Part shown: positions 25,936 through 36,169 of the stretch, piece after piece
Numbering within the stretch: position 1 is the first letter of the stretch
Layout of the letters: every line of letters starts with the position of its first letter
Source of the DNA: Phycisphaerales bacterium
Lineage (GTDB): Bacteria; Planctomycetota; Phycisphaerae; Phycisphaerales; UBA1924
Reading direction: 5' to 3'
Length of the DNA stretch: 64,000 nt
Assembly: GCA_050485765.1 (NCBI GenBank)
Contig: JBJHBZ010000013.1
Location: 5,272-69,271 of the forward strand
Made by a program: the position numbers and the translations under genes
The notes under the pieces: generated by a model
What the model was told of the DNA's origin: nothing
Databases searched by the model: none
The model's input: the letters and a program-made list of their open reading frames with translations, nothing else

Positions 25936-26685
25936 TCAGCGACGGCGCCGGGCGGCGAAGAGGCCGCCGGTGAGGAGCATCGCCATCCCACTGGGTGCGG
26001 GGACGACGACGTACTCAAGGAGGAAGGTGCCCTGGACGATGCCGAGGCCGGTGCCGCTGTTGTTCAGGGCGACGCCGAGGCTGCCGGTCCAGTACCCGTC
26101 GCCGTCGACGGGGACGATGCTGAGGATGTCAAAAAACCCGCCGAGGGGGAGGTTGCCGGCGGCATTGAAGAGGTACCAGCGGGCGCTGGTGATGATGACG
26201 GGGTTGTCGTTGATCAGGGGCGAGCCGCCGGCGTTCACGCCCATGAACTGGCCCGCGCGGGTGGCGGGGAGCCCGCCGAGGTTGAACCCGCCGGGGAAGA
26301 GGTTGGACCCGAGCAGGTCGAGCTGGAGGACACCGGTCTGTCCGAACGAAGAGGGGTTGGGGACGTCGGTGGAGAACGCCTCGCTGGCGGTGACGTTGCC
26401 GCCGCCGAGGCTCGGGCCGATGATCTGATCCACGAAATTGAACGTGGTGGCGGTGAGCCCGGTGCCCGCGATCGCGAGCCCGGCGGCGCTGCCGATCGCC
26501 GGCACGTGCAGGTACTGATCGCCCGCGAACGCCTTGGTGACGTTGGCGAAAACGGGGTCTTGGCTGATATCAATCAGCTCCACGCCCTGCACCGCCGAGG
26601 CCTGGATCGACCGGGCGTCGATCACGTTCGCCTGAGCCGCACCGGCCGCGCACGCGGCGACCGCCAAAACAGTGACGCGCTTCAT
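25936..26685 (-). CDS. PEP-CTERM sorting-domain secreted protein
   Basis: Signal peptide MKRVTVLAVAACAAGAAQA. C-terminal VPAPSGMAMLLTGGLFAARRRR (PEP-like motif, TM helix, Arg cluster). Confidence 0.8.
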   Translation of the reverse strand: MKRVTVLAVAACAAGAAQANVIDARSIQASAVQGVELIDISQDPVFANVTKAFAGDQYLHVPAIGSAAGLAIAGTGLTATTFNFVDQIIGPSLGGGNVTASEAFSTDVPNPSSFGQTGVLQLDLLGSNLFPGGFNLGGLPATRAGQFMGVNAGGSPLINDNPVIITSARWYLFNAAGNLPLGGFFDILSIVPVDGDGYWTGSLGVALNNSGTGLGIVQGTFLLEYVVVPAPSGMAMLLTGGLFAARRRR

Positions 26686-27154
26686 CTCGTCTCATCCTTT
26701 GTGCGTGATCCGAACGACGCCCTTCGCCTGATCAGTACGCGAAAGGCCCTGCCTCTCCACCCGGACACGCGCCGGGCATGGAGCGAACAACAAGCCGGAT
26801 CACCGCTCGGCCTTAAAACGCCGAGACAGTGGCACCCCCCCCCGGATCCAGCTGTACTGAGACATCCAAAAAGTCTCGATCACGCCGAAAACGGTGGAAA
26901 GCAACCGAATGCTACCACCCCATTCGCGGCCCGCAAGACCCAAAAACCGAAAATGCACAAAAAATCTTCGGGGTGGACTGGCTCCGATAATGAATCACTC
27001 TTTGTTCGGGTGTTATCGCGACCCAAATGCCCTAAAATCATGCCGAGCCGCGGGTTCTCAGACGATCGCCACCGAGCCCACCCCGGCTGCTGGGGCAGGA
27101 GCGGGATCAGGGCCGGAGGAAGGCGAGAGCGAGGGTCGATCGGGGTCTTCAGGC

Positions 27155-28276
27155 TCAGTGGCGTTCGTCGTCGGACTGGGGGGCGAGGTGCCACGCCTCG
27201 CTCGGCACGCCGTTGATCGTTATCCCGCCGAAGACGTTGTTTTTCGTCGCGGGGAGGAACGACTGCGGGAAGATCGGGGGTTGGTGGCTCGCCTTGTCGA
27301 GGGCTTCGACGTGCTCAGTGGCGAGCGTGACGTCCATCGCCGCGAGGTTCTTGTGGAGCTGGTCGAGCGTGCGGGCGCCGATGATGGTGCTCGCGACGGG
27401 TTTCTTTGCGAGGGTCCACGCCAGAGCGACGGCGGCCGGGGTGCTGCCGACGGTGCCCGAGACGCGCGTCAGCTCGTCGATGATGTTCAGCGCGCGTTCG
27501 TCGAGCTTGTTCGCGAGCCAGTCCTTGCGCTTCGCGTCGACGGATTCGAGGCTCTGGCCGCCGAGGTTGGCGCGCGTGTACTTGCCTGTGAGCAGCCCGC
27601 CCTTGAGCGGGCTCCAGGGCGTGACGCCCATGCCGAGCTCGTCGGCCATGGGGAGCAGCTCGTTCTCCGGGGTTCGTTCGATCAGGCTGTACTCGATCTG
27701 CAGCGCCACCGAGGGCGTCCACCCGCGGAACTGGGCGATCATCTGCGCTTGGGCGCACTTCCACGCGGGCGTGTCGCTGATGCCGAAGTAGCGGATCTTG
27801 CCGTCGCGGACCAAGTCGTCGATCGCGCGCATGGTCTCGTCAATGGGCGTGAGCGCGTCCCAGAAGTGCATCCAGTACAGGTCGATGTAGTCGGTCTGGA
27901 GCCGACGGAGGGACTGCTCGCAGGCGCTGACGATCGCTTTGCGGTGAGCCCCGCCGGCGTTGGGATCGCCGGGGTACATGTTGCCGAGGAACTTGGTGGC
28001 GACGACGAGGCGGTCGCGTTTGGCGTTGGTGGGCGTGTTGCTCTTGTGGGTGCGGAGGTAGTCGCCGAGGATCTTCTCGGAGTGCCCTTTGGTGTAGATG
28101 TTGGCGGTGTCGATGAAGTTCCCGCCGGCTTCGACATACGCGTCGAGCACGGCATGGGATTCTTCGACGCTGGAGCCGAAGCCCCAGTCCTCGCCGAAGG
28201 TCATCGTGCCGAGGCAGAGCGGGCTAACGCGGAGCCCGCTGCGCCCGAGGGTGACGTACCGGTCCAGCTTGGTCAT
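27155..28276 (-). CDS. Aldo/keto reductase
   Basis: LGRSGLRVSPLCLGTMTFG...AGGNFIDTANIYTKGHSEKILG...YIDLYWMH. Start at MTKLDRY (28276). Confidence 0.85.
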   Translation of the reverse strand: MTKLDRYVTLGRSGLRVSPLCLGTMTFGEDWGFGSSVEESHAVLDAYVEAGGNFIDTANIYTKGHSEKILGDYLRTHKSNTPTNAKRDRLVVATKFLGNMYPGDPNAGGAHRKAIVSACEQSLRRLQTDYIDLYWMHFWDALTPIDETMRAIDDLVRDGKIRYFGISDTPAWKCAQAQMIAQFRGWTPSVALQIEYSLIERTPENELLPMADELGMGVTPWSPLKGGLLTGKYTRANLGGQSLESVDAKRKDWLANKLDERALNIIDELTRVSGTVGSTPAAVALAWTLAKKPVASTIIGARTLDQLHKNLAAMDVTLATEHVEALDKASHQPPIFPQSFLPATKNNVFGGITINGVPSEAWHLAPQSDDERH

Positions 28277-28363
28277 CTCGCGGATGCTCCCATCGCCCGC
28301 GTGCGCGGGTGTTGATCGCCCCTGGGTCAAGCGTAGGGAGCGACAGCAACCCGTGGCACGGGT

Positions 28364-28918
28364 TCAGGGCTGATCGAGTCGTTGCTCGATGCGGGCGAGG
28401 CTGTCCCGGATGTCGCGGAGGATGGCGGTCGTGTCGTCGCTCTCGCCGAGCGAGGACGAGGGGGCCGAGCGGGTGCGCCGCGGCTCATCGTTGCCGTCTT
28501 CCAGGCGGTCGCGTTGTTTCAGGACGGCGTTGCGGAAGCCCTTCGCGTCGCGGATGCCGACGAGAAAGACCAGGGCCGAGATGCCCGAGCTCTGTCCGGC
28601 CGTCTCGACCATGATCGCCTCGACGTTGCACATCCGCATGATCGGGCCCTGGCGGATCGCCAGGTCGGTGATCTTGTCGAGCGGGATGGTCTTCTCGACT
28701 TTGTTGAACACGCCGCGTTTGACCACGAGCGTGCGCTCGTACAGCGTGCATTGGATGTTGTCGTACTCGATCTTGCGGAGCAGGTACGTCAGCGGCACAA
28801 GGATCAGCAGCAGCGGGATGCCGATGATCGTGCACGACAGCGCGATCGTGGTCGAGATCACGTAGTACCGGACGGCGTCGTCGAACTCCGCCTCGCGCAA
28901 GACACGCTCTTCGCTCAT
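28364..28918 (-). CDS. Membrane protein with a bacterial PH domain (YdbS/YdbT-like)
   Basis: Two N-terminal TM helices followed by CTLYERTLVVKRGVFNKVEKTIPLDKITDLAIRQGPIMRMCNVEAIMVETAG. Confidence 0.65.
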   Translation of the reverse strand: MSEERVLREAEFDDAVRYYVISTTIALSCTIIGIPLLLILVPLTYLLRKIEYDNIQCTLYERTLVVKRGVFNKVEKTIPLDKITDLAIRQGPIMRMCNVEAIMVETAGQSSGISALVFLVGIRDAKGFRNAVLKQRDRLEDGNDEPRRTRSAPSSSLGESDDTTAILRDIRDSLARIEQRLDQP

Positions 28919-28972
28919 GCCGATCCCCCCACTGGTGCTCGCCGCGCGGCTGGCGCGGGGCCGGAGTTGAGT

Positions 28973-31774
28973 TTACGGCCTGCCGTCGCGGGCCGCCTCG
29001 GCGAGCTTTCGCAGCTCGTCGAACGCCTGCATCGGGGTGATCTCGTCGAGCTTGAGCTCGCGGAGACGATCAATCGCGGGGTGCTGGAGGAACTCGGTGA
29101 ACAGGCCGAGCTGGTCGGGCTCGCGTCGCTTGGTGCGTGCGGCGGGTGCGGGCACGGGCGGAGGATGGTCGGCGCCGGCGTGCTGGTGGTGGACGGCGAG
29201 CGCATCGAGGACTTGCTTGGCGCGGTCGGTGACGCTCCGCGGCACGCCGGCGAGTCGGGCGACGTGGATGCCGTAGGACTGGTCGGTCCGCCCGGGCAGG
29301 ATGCGGTGGAGGAAGACGATCTCGCTGTGCGCGCCGTCGGGGTCGTGCTCGTCGGCGGCGCGGTCGACCTCGCGCACGGCGACGTGCAGGTTGCGCACGC
29401 GCCCGGGCAAGCGTTCTTCGAGCTCGGTCAGCTCGTGGTAGTGGGTCGCGAAGAGCGTCCGCGGCGGGTCGTCTCGGTCGGCGAGGTGCTCGGCGATCGC
29501 CCAGGCGAGGCTGAGCCCGTCGAGCGTGCTGGTGCCGCGCCCGATCTCGTCGAGCACGATGATCGAGCGCCCGGTCGCGTGGTTCAGGATGTTGGCGGTC
29601 TCGGTCATCTCGACCATGAAGGTCGACTGCCCGCGGTGCAGGGCGTCGTCGGCCCCGACGCGCGTGAAGACACGATCGGTCAGCCCGACCACCGCGTGGT
29701 CCGCGGGCACGAAGCTCCCCGCGTGCGCGAGAAGCACGAGCAGCGCCGTCTGACGGATGTACGTGCTCTTGCCGGCCATGTTGGGCCCGGTGATCAGCGC
29801 GACCGGGGCCTCGGGCGCGCCGTGCTCGTCGCTCGCGCCGAGCTCGGTGTCGTTGGGGACGAAGTTGTGCGCGAGCTTCTCGTCCAGCACGGGGTGGCGC
29901 CCGGCGCGGATGCGCAGCACCGGCTCGGCGACGACCTCGGGGCGCACCCACCCGCGCTTGGCGGCTTTGGTCGCGAGCGCGCCCAGCGCGTCGAGCTCCG
30001 CGGCGACCTCGCCGAAGTCCGTTGCCGGGCGCAGCTGCGCGCGCACGAGCTCGCACAGCTCGTCGAAGATCGCGCGCTCGCGCACCAAGGCCCGCTCGGT
30101 TGCGGTGGAGACCTTGTCTTCAAAGAGCTTGAGCTCGGGGGTGATGTACCGTTCGGCGTTTTTGAGCGTCTGCTTGCGGGTGAATGCCGCGGGGGCGCGC
30201 CGGGCCTGGGCCGCGGGGAGCTCGATGTAGTAGCCGAAGACTTTGTTGTACCCGACCTTGAGCGAGGGCAGGTCGTGCTCGGCGTGGAGGCGGGCCTGAT
30301 AGTCGGCGAGCCACTGCCCGGCGTCGCGCTCGAGGGCGCGGGCCTCGTCAAGCTCCGGGTCGACGCCGTCGCGGACGAAGCCGCCGTCGCGCAGGTGGGC
30401 CGGCGGGTGGTCGGCGCAGGTGTCGGTGATGCGGGCGGCAAGGGGCGCGACGGTCTCGCGCACCGCTTCCAGCCGCTCGGCGTGCGTGCGCAGCGCGGGG
30501 GCGTCGCGGACGATCTTGAGCAAGGGCTCGACCCTGGCGAGGCTCGAGCCGAACGCCGCCAGGTCGCGCGGGCCCGCGCGGCCGAGCGCCAGGCGTGCCG
30601 CCAAGCGGGGCACGTCCTGCACGCCCGACAGCGCCTCGCTCAGCTCCTGCGCGGTCCTTCGGTCTTCGACCAGCGTCGCGACGGCGCCTTGGCGTGCGTG
30701 GATCGCTTCCACCGTCCCGAGCGGGCGCACGAGCCACTCGCGCAGGAGGCGCTTGCCCATCGGCGTGCGGCACAGCCCCGGCGCGAGAAACAGGCTCAGC
30801 AGCGACCCCTCGCGATCGCCCTCACCCCCCGCGCGGTCCCCGGCACGGATCGTCCGCTCGACTTCCAGGCTGCGAAGGCTGATCGCGTCAATCACACACG
30901 AGCCCGCGGCGGCGGCGCGGCGCGGGGGCGCGAGGTGGCTGAGCGTCACGCGCGGGAGCTCGACCGTCGCGTCGCCGACGGCGTCGGGGTTGGCGGCGTG
31001 GTCGAGGGAGACCGTCTGCGTTTCCTTGAGATAGCGGAGCGCGGCGCCGAGCGGGGCGATGCACCCGTCCTCGTCGCTCATCCCGAAGCCGGCGAGCGTG
31101 CGCACGCCGTACTGCTCACGGATCGCCTCCATCGCCTCGGCGGGGCGGAACTGCCAGCTCGGGCGCGGGGTGGCGCTCACGCCCAGACGCTCGACGAGCT
31201 CGCTGACCCAGCCCGGCCTGGCACCGTCGGCGGGCTCCGGGTAGAGCAACTCGCTCGCGCCACGCCGGGCGAGCTCGTCGGCGAGCGAGACCGGGCCGGC
31301 GGAGGCGAGCTCGCCGATCGAGACCGAGCCCGAGGCGAGCTCGACGCACGCCAGCGCGTGCCCCACACCGCCCGAGCCGAGCGGGCAGACTGCGACGATC
31401 GCGCTGGTCGCGTCGTCGGGCAGGAGCGCGTCGTCGGCGAGCGTGCCCTGGGTGACGACGCGCGTCACGGCCCGGGCGACCACGCCCTTGGCGTCCTTGG
31501 GGTCCTGCACCTGGTCGGCGACGGCGACGCGGTACCCGGCCGCGAGCGCGCGCCGGAGGTAGGTCTCGAGCTGGTGATACGGCGCGCCGGCCATCGCCAG
31601 GTCGTTCTGGCGTTTGGTGAGGGTGAGCCCGAGGACGCGGGAGGCGGTCTTGGCGTCCTCGCCGAAGAGCTCGTAGAAGTCGCCCATACGGAAGAACAGC
31701 AGCGCGTCGGGGTGCCTCGCCTTGAACGCGAAGTACTGGCGCATCGCCGGGGTTTGTTTCGGGTCGCCCGCCAT
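28973..31774 (-). CDS. mutS: DNA mismatch repair protein MutS
   Basis: TPAMRQYFAFKARHPDALLFFRMGDFYELFGEDA and ITGPNMAGKSTYIRQ. Start at MAGDPKQ (31774); the ORF-track N-terminal extension is Arg/Ser-rich junk. Confidence 0.9.
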   Translation of the reverse strand: MAGDPKQTPAMRQYFAFKARHPDALLFFRMGDFYELFGEDAKTASRVLGLTLTKRQNDLAMAGAPYHQLETYLRRALAAGYRVAVADQVQDPKDAKGVVARAVTRVVTQGTLADDALLPDDATSAIVAVCPLGSGGVGHALACVELASGSVSIGELASAGPVSLADELARRGASELLYPEPADGARPGWVSELVERLGVSATPRPSWQFRPAEAMEAIREQYGVRTLAGFGMSDEDGCIAPLGAALRYLKETQTVSLDHAANPDAVGDATVELPRVTLSHLAPPRRAAAAGSCVIDAISLRSLEVERTIRAGDRAGGEGDREGSLLSLFLAPGLCRTPMGKRLLREWLVRPLGTVEAIHARQGAVATLVEDRRTAQELSEALSGVQDVPRLAARLALGRAGPRDLAAFGSSLARVEPLLKIVRDAPALRTHAERLEAVRETVAPLAARITDTCADHPPAHLRDGGFVRDGVDPELDEARALERDAGQWLADYQARLHAEHDLPSLKVGYNKVFGYYIELPAAQARRAPAAFTRKQTLKNAERYITPELKLFEDKVSTATERALVRERAIFDELCELVRAQLRPATDFGEVAAELDALGALATKAAKRGWVRPEVVAEPVLRIRAGRHPVLDEKLAHNFVPNDTELGASDEHGAPEAPVALITGPNMAGKSTYIRQTALLVLLAHAGSFVPADHAVVGLTDRVFTRVGADDALHRGQSTFMVEMTETANILNHATGRSIIVLDEIGRGTSTLDGLSLAWAIAEHLADRDDPPRTLFATHYHELTELEERLPGRVRNLHVAVREVDRAADEHDPDGAHSEIVFLHRILPGRTDQSYGIHVARLAGVPRSVTDRAKQVLDALAVHHQHAGADHPPPVPAPAARTKRREPDQLGLFTEFLQHPAIDRLRELKLDEITPMQAFDELRKLAEAARDGRP

Positions 31775-31862
31775 GGAGGCGCGAGCATAGGACGACGGGC
31801 GCGGCCGAGCGTTGGAGCCCGGCCGCGCCCGCCCGAGGACGCTTGCACGTGTCGACCGGGCC

Positions 31863-33662
31863 TCAGGCGGCCCGGGAGGGTCGGTCGTCTCGGTCCAGCA
31901 ACACCCGGCAGGTTTCCAGGAGCGCGGGCACGTCGATCGGCTTCGCGCCGTACTCGTTGCACCCCGCCTCCAGGCAGCGCAGGCGGTCTTCCTGCATCGC
32001 GTTGGCGGTGAGCGCGAAGATGGGGCCTTGCCAGCCGGCCTCTCGGAGCTCACGGGCCGCGGCGTAGCCGTCCAGCTCCGGCATCTGCATGTCGAGGATG
32101 ACCAGGTCGTAGCCCTCACGGCTCGCATGGGCCGCCAGGACACGGTCGACGGCCTGTCGCCCGTTGGTCGCCTCGTCGACCCGGAAGCCCGCCTTGCGGA
32201 GGTGGTGCCCGATGAGGCGTCGGTTGTCCTCGCCGTCGTCGGCCAGGAGCACGCGAGCGCCCATGGGCGATGCATGGTCGATGGGCGTGTCGCTCTCCGC
32301 CGGGCCCGTGTCTTCGAACTCGCCCGCGGCGAGCGGGGCCGCGATGCGGACGGTGAAGCGGCTGCCTCGCCCCGGTGTGCTGGTGACCGTCAGCGAGCCA
32401 CCCAGGAGTTCGGCGAGGTTACGGCTGATCGAGAGGCCGAGCCCCGTGCCACCGAAGCGACGCGTGGTCGTCGAGTCGGCCTGGCGGAACGGCTCGAAGA
32501 CCGCGTCGAGCCGGTCGGATTGGATCCCGATCCCGGTGTCTTCGACCTCGGCGATCAGCACCGGCTCCGGGGACGCCTCGTAGCGGGCTCGGATCACGAT
32601 CGATCCGGACTCGGTGAACTTCACCGCGTTGCCGACGAGGTTGGTCAGGATCTGGCGCACCCGCGTGGGGTCGGTCATGACGGCGGCGGGGAGCGACGCG
32701 TCGGGCTCGACGCGCAGCTCCAGGCCCTTGCTCTCGGCCCGGTGCCGAAGCATGCTGTCCACGTCTTCAAGCAGACGACGCGGGCTCGACGCGCGGTGCT
32801 CGATCTCGATCCGGTTCGCCTCGATCTTGGACAGGTCCAGGATGTCGTTGATCACCTCGATCAGGTGCTCGCCGTTGCGGCAGATCGTCTCGGCGTGCTC
32901 GGCGCATTCGGCCTCGCTCTGATCCCCCGAACGCAGCAGCTCGGCAAAGCCCAGGATCGCCGTCATCGGCGTCCGGATCTCGTGGCTCATCCCCGCGATG
33001 AAGTCGCTCTTGGCGCGGTTCGCGGCCTCGGCGGCCGCCTTCGCTTCCTCGAGCTCGCCCGTCCGCACCGCGACCAGGCGCTCCAGCTCGGCCTTCTCCC
33101 GCGACAGGCTCTCGGCCAGCTCACGCTCCAGACGCTTGGCGCGGAGGCTCACCGCGAACCCGTCCAGGTTGAACGCGAATTTCCAGGACCAGATGTTCAG
33201 CAGGACCAGGAAAACCGCCAGCAAGCGGTAGGCCGGCCAGATGAACATCACGATCGACATCGCGTACCCGCAGACCGCGCACCACAAAAAGACCTGCGCC
33301 AGGTCGTACATCTTGGTGTTGCGATCCGGAGGGGCCTCGGCGTAGTACGCGCGGCGCCAGAAGAGCACGATCTTCGCGTACGCTCCGATCACCCCCAGCG
33401 TAGCGACCACCAGCAGCGTCACCCAAGGCCAGTCCGTGCCGCCCTCGGCGGTCACGATGCAATGGGTCCGCGGCAGGTAGTTGCCGAAGTTGGTGAACAC
33501 GTCGAAGTCGCGCAAGCTCAGCCCGCCCGGCCCGGGGCCACCCACCGCCGTCGTCGCGGACATGGAAGCCGGGGCACACACACCGGTTTCCACGCCCGCG
33601 ACGGGCGGGACACCGGTGATCGGCACACCGGATTCGGGAGTCGAGCGACCGACGGATGACAT
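31863..33662 (-). CDS. Hybrid sensor histidine kinase / response regulator
   Basis: TM segments, H-box FIAGMSHEIRTPMTAILGF, N/G boxes (NLVGNAVKFT, DTGIGI, GGTGLGLSI) and a C-terminal receiver (VLLADDGEDNRRL...DLVILDMQMPELDG...ALTANA). Confidence 0.85.
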   Translation of the reverse strand: MSSVGRSTPESGVPITGVPPVAGVETGVCAPASMSATTAVGGPGPGGLSLRDFDVFTNFGNYLPRTHCIVTAEGGTDWPWVTLLVVATLGVIGAYAKIVLFWRRAYYAEAPPDRNTKMYDLAQVFLWCAVCGYAMSIVMFIWPAYRLLAVFLVLLNIWSWKFAFNLDGFAVSLRAKRLERELAESLSREKAELERLVAVRTGELEEAKAAAEAANRAKSDFIAGMSHEIRTPMTAILGFAELLRSGDQSEAECAEHAETICRNGEHLIEVINDILDLSKIEANRIEIEHRASSPRRLLEDVDSMLRHRAESKGLELRVEPDASLPAAVMTDPTRVRQILTNLVGNAVKFTESGSIVIRARYEASPEPVLIAEVEDTGIGIQSDRLDAVFEPFRQADSTTTRRFGGTGLGLSISRNLAELLGGSLTVTSTPGRGSRFTVRIAAPLAAGEFEDTGPAESDTPIDHASPMGARVLLADDGEDNRRLIGHHLRKAGFRVDEATNGRQAVDRVLAAHASREGYDLVILDMQMPELDGYAAARELREAGWQGPIFALTANAMQEDRLRCLEAGCNEYGAKPIDVPALLETCRVLLDRDDRPSRAA

Positions 33663-33803
33663 GTAAAAAATTTCGGTTTATCCGCGCCCTGGGTTGACTC
33701 AAAGACCCGAGTTCATCACCGAGATCGGGGCGGGGCATCCACCCGTCATCAGACATCCCCCGGTGTGATGCCCCGATGCGGAACCCGAGACCGAAAACCC
33801 CCG

Positions 33804-34388
33804 TCACCCCCCCGGAACACGGAAACACACGCTCAGCGCCGCATCCGACCGAACCGCCTCCAACAAGCTCGGCGCGTCGTGGTCCACCCGCACCCCGAGC
33901 CTCGCGGCCTCCCCCAGCATCGAATCTCGCGAGCCGGGATCCACCACCAGCACGCCCCGGGCCCCGACCGCCGCCCCGGCCATCAGGTCCGTCAAGCTGT
34001 CGCCCACGATCGCCGAGCGGGCGAGGTCCACCCGCGGGTGCTCCCGCGCCGCCTGGAGCAGCATCCCCGGGGCGGGCTTGCGCATCGGCCCCTCCGCGTC
34101 CGGGCAGAGGTAGATCGCGTCGACGTCGGCCCCTCGGCGACGCAGCTCCGCCCGCATCCGCTCGTGGACCGCTTCCACGGCTTCCCGCGTCACGCGACCC
34201 AGCGCGATCCCGCGCTGGTTGGTCACCACGACCAAGAACAGCCCCGCCGCCCGCAGCCGCCCGATCGCCTCCTCGGCTCCGGGGAGGAACTCGAACTCGT
34301 CCCAGGACTTCACGTAGTCCCCCGGCAAGCGCCGGTTGATGACGCCGTCGCGATCGAGGAAGACGGTGGTGAGTTCGGGCGTGGTCAC
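33804..34388 (-). CDS. gmhB: D-glycero-D-manno-heptose 1,7-bisphosphate phosphatase (HAD)
   Basis: VFLDRDGVIN, VVTNQRGIALG, GDSLTDLMAG. In-frame GTG start at 34388 just before the DxD motif. Confidence 0.75.
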   Translation of the reverse strand: MTTPELTTVFLDRDGVINRRLPGDYVKSWDEFEFLPGAEEAIGRLRAAGLFLVVVTNQRGIALGRVTREAVEAVHERMRAELRRRGADVDAIYLCPDAEGPMRKPAPGMLLQAAREHPRVDLARSAIVGDSLTDLMAGAAVGARGVLVVDPGSRDSMLGEAARLGVRVDHDAPSLLEAVRSDAALSVCFRVPGG

Positions 34389-34407
34389 GGGTTTATGATT
34401 GCCCCTG

Positions 34408-35079
34408 ATGCCGACGCGCGACGAGAACGGGCTGAGCGGATGGATCGAGGGCGAGCTGCGCGACGCGAGCGCGATGCTCGACGCCTGCCGCGCCGACGCC
34501 GACGGGCTCATCCGACTCGACGCCTTCGCCCGCCACCTCGCCGAGACGTTCCAACGCGGCGGGAAGGTCCTCGCCTGCGGCAACGGGGGCTCGGCCTGCG
34601 ACGCGATGCACTTCTGCGAAGAGCTCACCGGGCGGTACCGATTCAACCGCCCGGCACTCCCCGCGATCGCCTGCGCCGACGCGAGCCACATCACTTGCGC
34701 CGCCAACGACTTCGGCTACGACGCCGTCTTTGCGCGATGGGTCGAGGCGCTCGCCCGCCCGGGCGATGCGCTCGTCGTGCTCTCCACGAGCGGGAACAGC
34801 CGCAACATCATCGCGGCCGTGGACGCCGCCGAGGCGCGAGGCGTCACCACCGCCGCCTTCCTCGGGCAAGGCGGCGGCGCCCTCCGCGGACGGTGCGACT
34901 ACGAGTGGATCGTCCCCGCCCCCCACCACATTCCGGACGGCTCGGAGCGCAAAACCTTCTCCGACCGCATCCAGGAAGTCCACATGCTGCTGCTGCACGT
35001 GCTGGTCGGCGCGATCGAGCGTCACCGCTTCGGGGCGGACGGCGCGGAGCGCGACGCGGGGCACGTCGAGAGCCGCTGA
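34408..35079 (+). CDS. gmhA: Phosphoheptose isomerase (SIS domain)
   Basis: KVLACGNGGSACDAMHFCEEL...VLSTSGNSRNIIAAVDAAEARG. An alternative TTG start lies at 34399. Confidence 0.8.
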   Translation: MPTRDENGLSGWIEGELRDASAMLDACRADADGLIRLDAFARHLAETFQRGGKVLACGNGGSACDAMHFCEELTGRYRFNRPALPAIACADASHITCAANDFGYDAVFARWVEALARPGDALVVLSTSGNSRNIIAAVDAAEARGVTTAAFLGQGGGALRGRCDYEWIVPAPHHIPDGSERKTFSDRIQEVHMLLLHVLVGAIERHRFGADGAERDAGHVESR

Positions 35080-35381
35080 GCGTGGATCGTGCCGCGTGTG
35101 CGCCGTCGGCGCGCGGGCAGCCCCGGATCACACAATGACCCGGGGCCAGCGCCCGCAATCGGGGGCAAAGGTTGGATCGGGCGAGCGTGCCGCCCTGTCA
35201 AAACCGGGTGCTTCCATCCCGCCCACGGCGCTCACCGCGGGCCGCACCGGCTTCGCCCATCCGAACCGCCCCGCCCGGCGTCTTCTTCCCGCATGAAACA
35301 GCAAAAAAATCGCGCCCAAAGGCCCGAGAAACCCCTGCGCGCCCCACTCGACCCCTCATTTCTGGACGCCCGACGCGATGC

Positions 35382-36035
35382 TCAGCCCGGATCGCGACCG
35401 GATCGACGCGGGGCACGCGTCTTGGGCTCGCGCGGCTCCCCCTCGTCCACGCCGTCGGCGGACTTGGGCCCCGGCGTCACCACGGCCGTGAACCCGACCC
35501 ACGCCGTCCCCGGGCGACGCTTTTTCTCGTGCAAAAACTGATAGATGCCCTCGAGGCGTCGGTTGAGCTCGGCCAGTTCGTCGGGCAGGAGCCACGTGTT
35601 CCCGAACGCCGCGTGCGTGTCGCGCTCGAGGGTGGTGAGCTTCGCCTCGCCGCTCTCGACGCTGGCTCGGAAGAGTCGTTCGGTCTCGCGGAGCCCGCTG
35701 GCGAGGTTGTCGGCGATCGCGCGCCGCCGGGCCGTGCTCGGGTTGGCGGTGCAGGCGCGGAGGAACGTCCGCGGGGCGTGGTAGAGCGTCTCCTTGCGCC
35801 GCCCCTTGGGCACGACCGAGTGCGCCCGGATCAGCCCCACCTCCTCCAGGATCTTGACGTGCCGATACAGCGTCGTCGCCCGACGCCCCGTCTGCTCCGC
35901 GACCACCGCGACCGAGCACGGCCCCTCGGTCGCGATCACCTCAAACACCAGCCGACGAACCCCGGACCCCAGCGCCCGCAACTGCGGCAACGTCAACAGG
36001 TCGTCGGCATGGGGAACGTCATCGGCGGGAGGCAT
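35382..36035 (-). CDS. Winged-helix (ArsR-like) transcriptional regulator
   Basis: LRALGSGVRRLVFEVIATEGPCSVAVVAEQTGRRATTLYRHVKILEEVGLI. Start at MPPADD (36035). Confidence 0.6.
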   Translation of the reverse strand: MPPADDVPHADDLLTLPQLRALGSGVRRLVFEVIATEGPCSVAVVAEQTGRRATTLYRHVKILEEVGLIRAHSVVPKGRRKETLYHAPRTFLRACTANPSTARRRAIADNLASGLRETERLFRASVESGEAKLTTLERDTHAAFGNTWLLPDELAELNRRLEGIYQFLHEKKRRPGTAWVGFTAVVTPGPKSADGVDEGEPREPKTRAPRRSGRDPG

Positions 36036-36169
36036 GGGGGCTCCGGCAGCGGCGAGAAACGAGCGAGCGGAAAAGAGGATACCGCACGATCGCTGCCAGT
36101 ACGGGAGCGGAGCGTCAGCCTGAACGTCGAGGCGATGCCGGAGGATCATCTGTCAGCAAAGCAAAGGGA

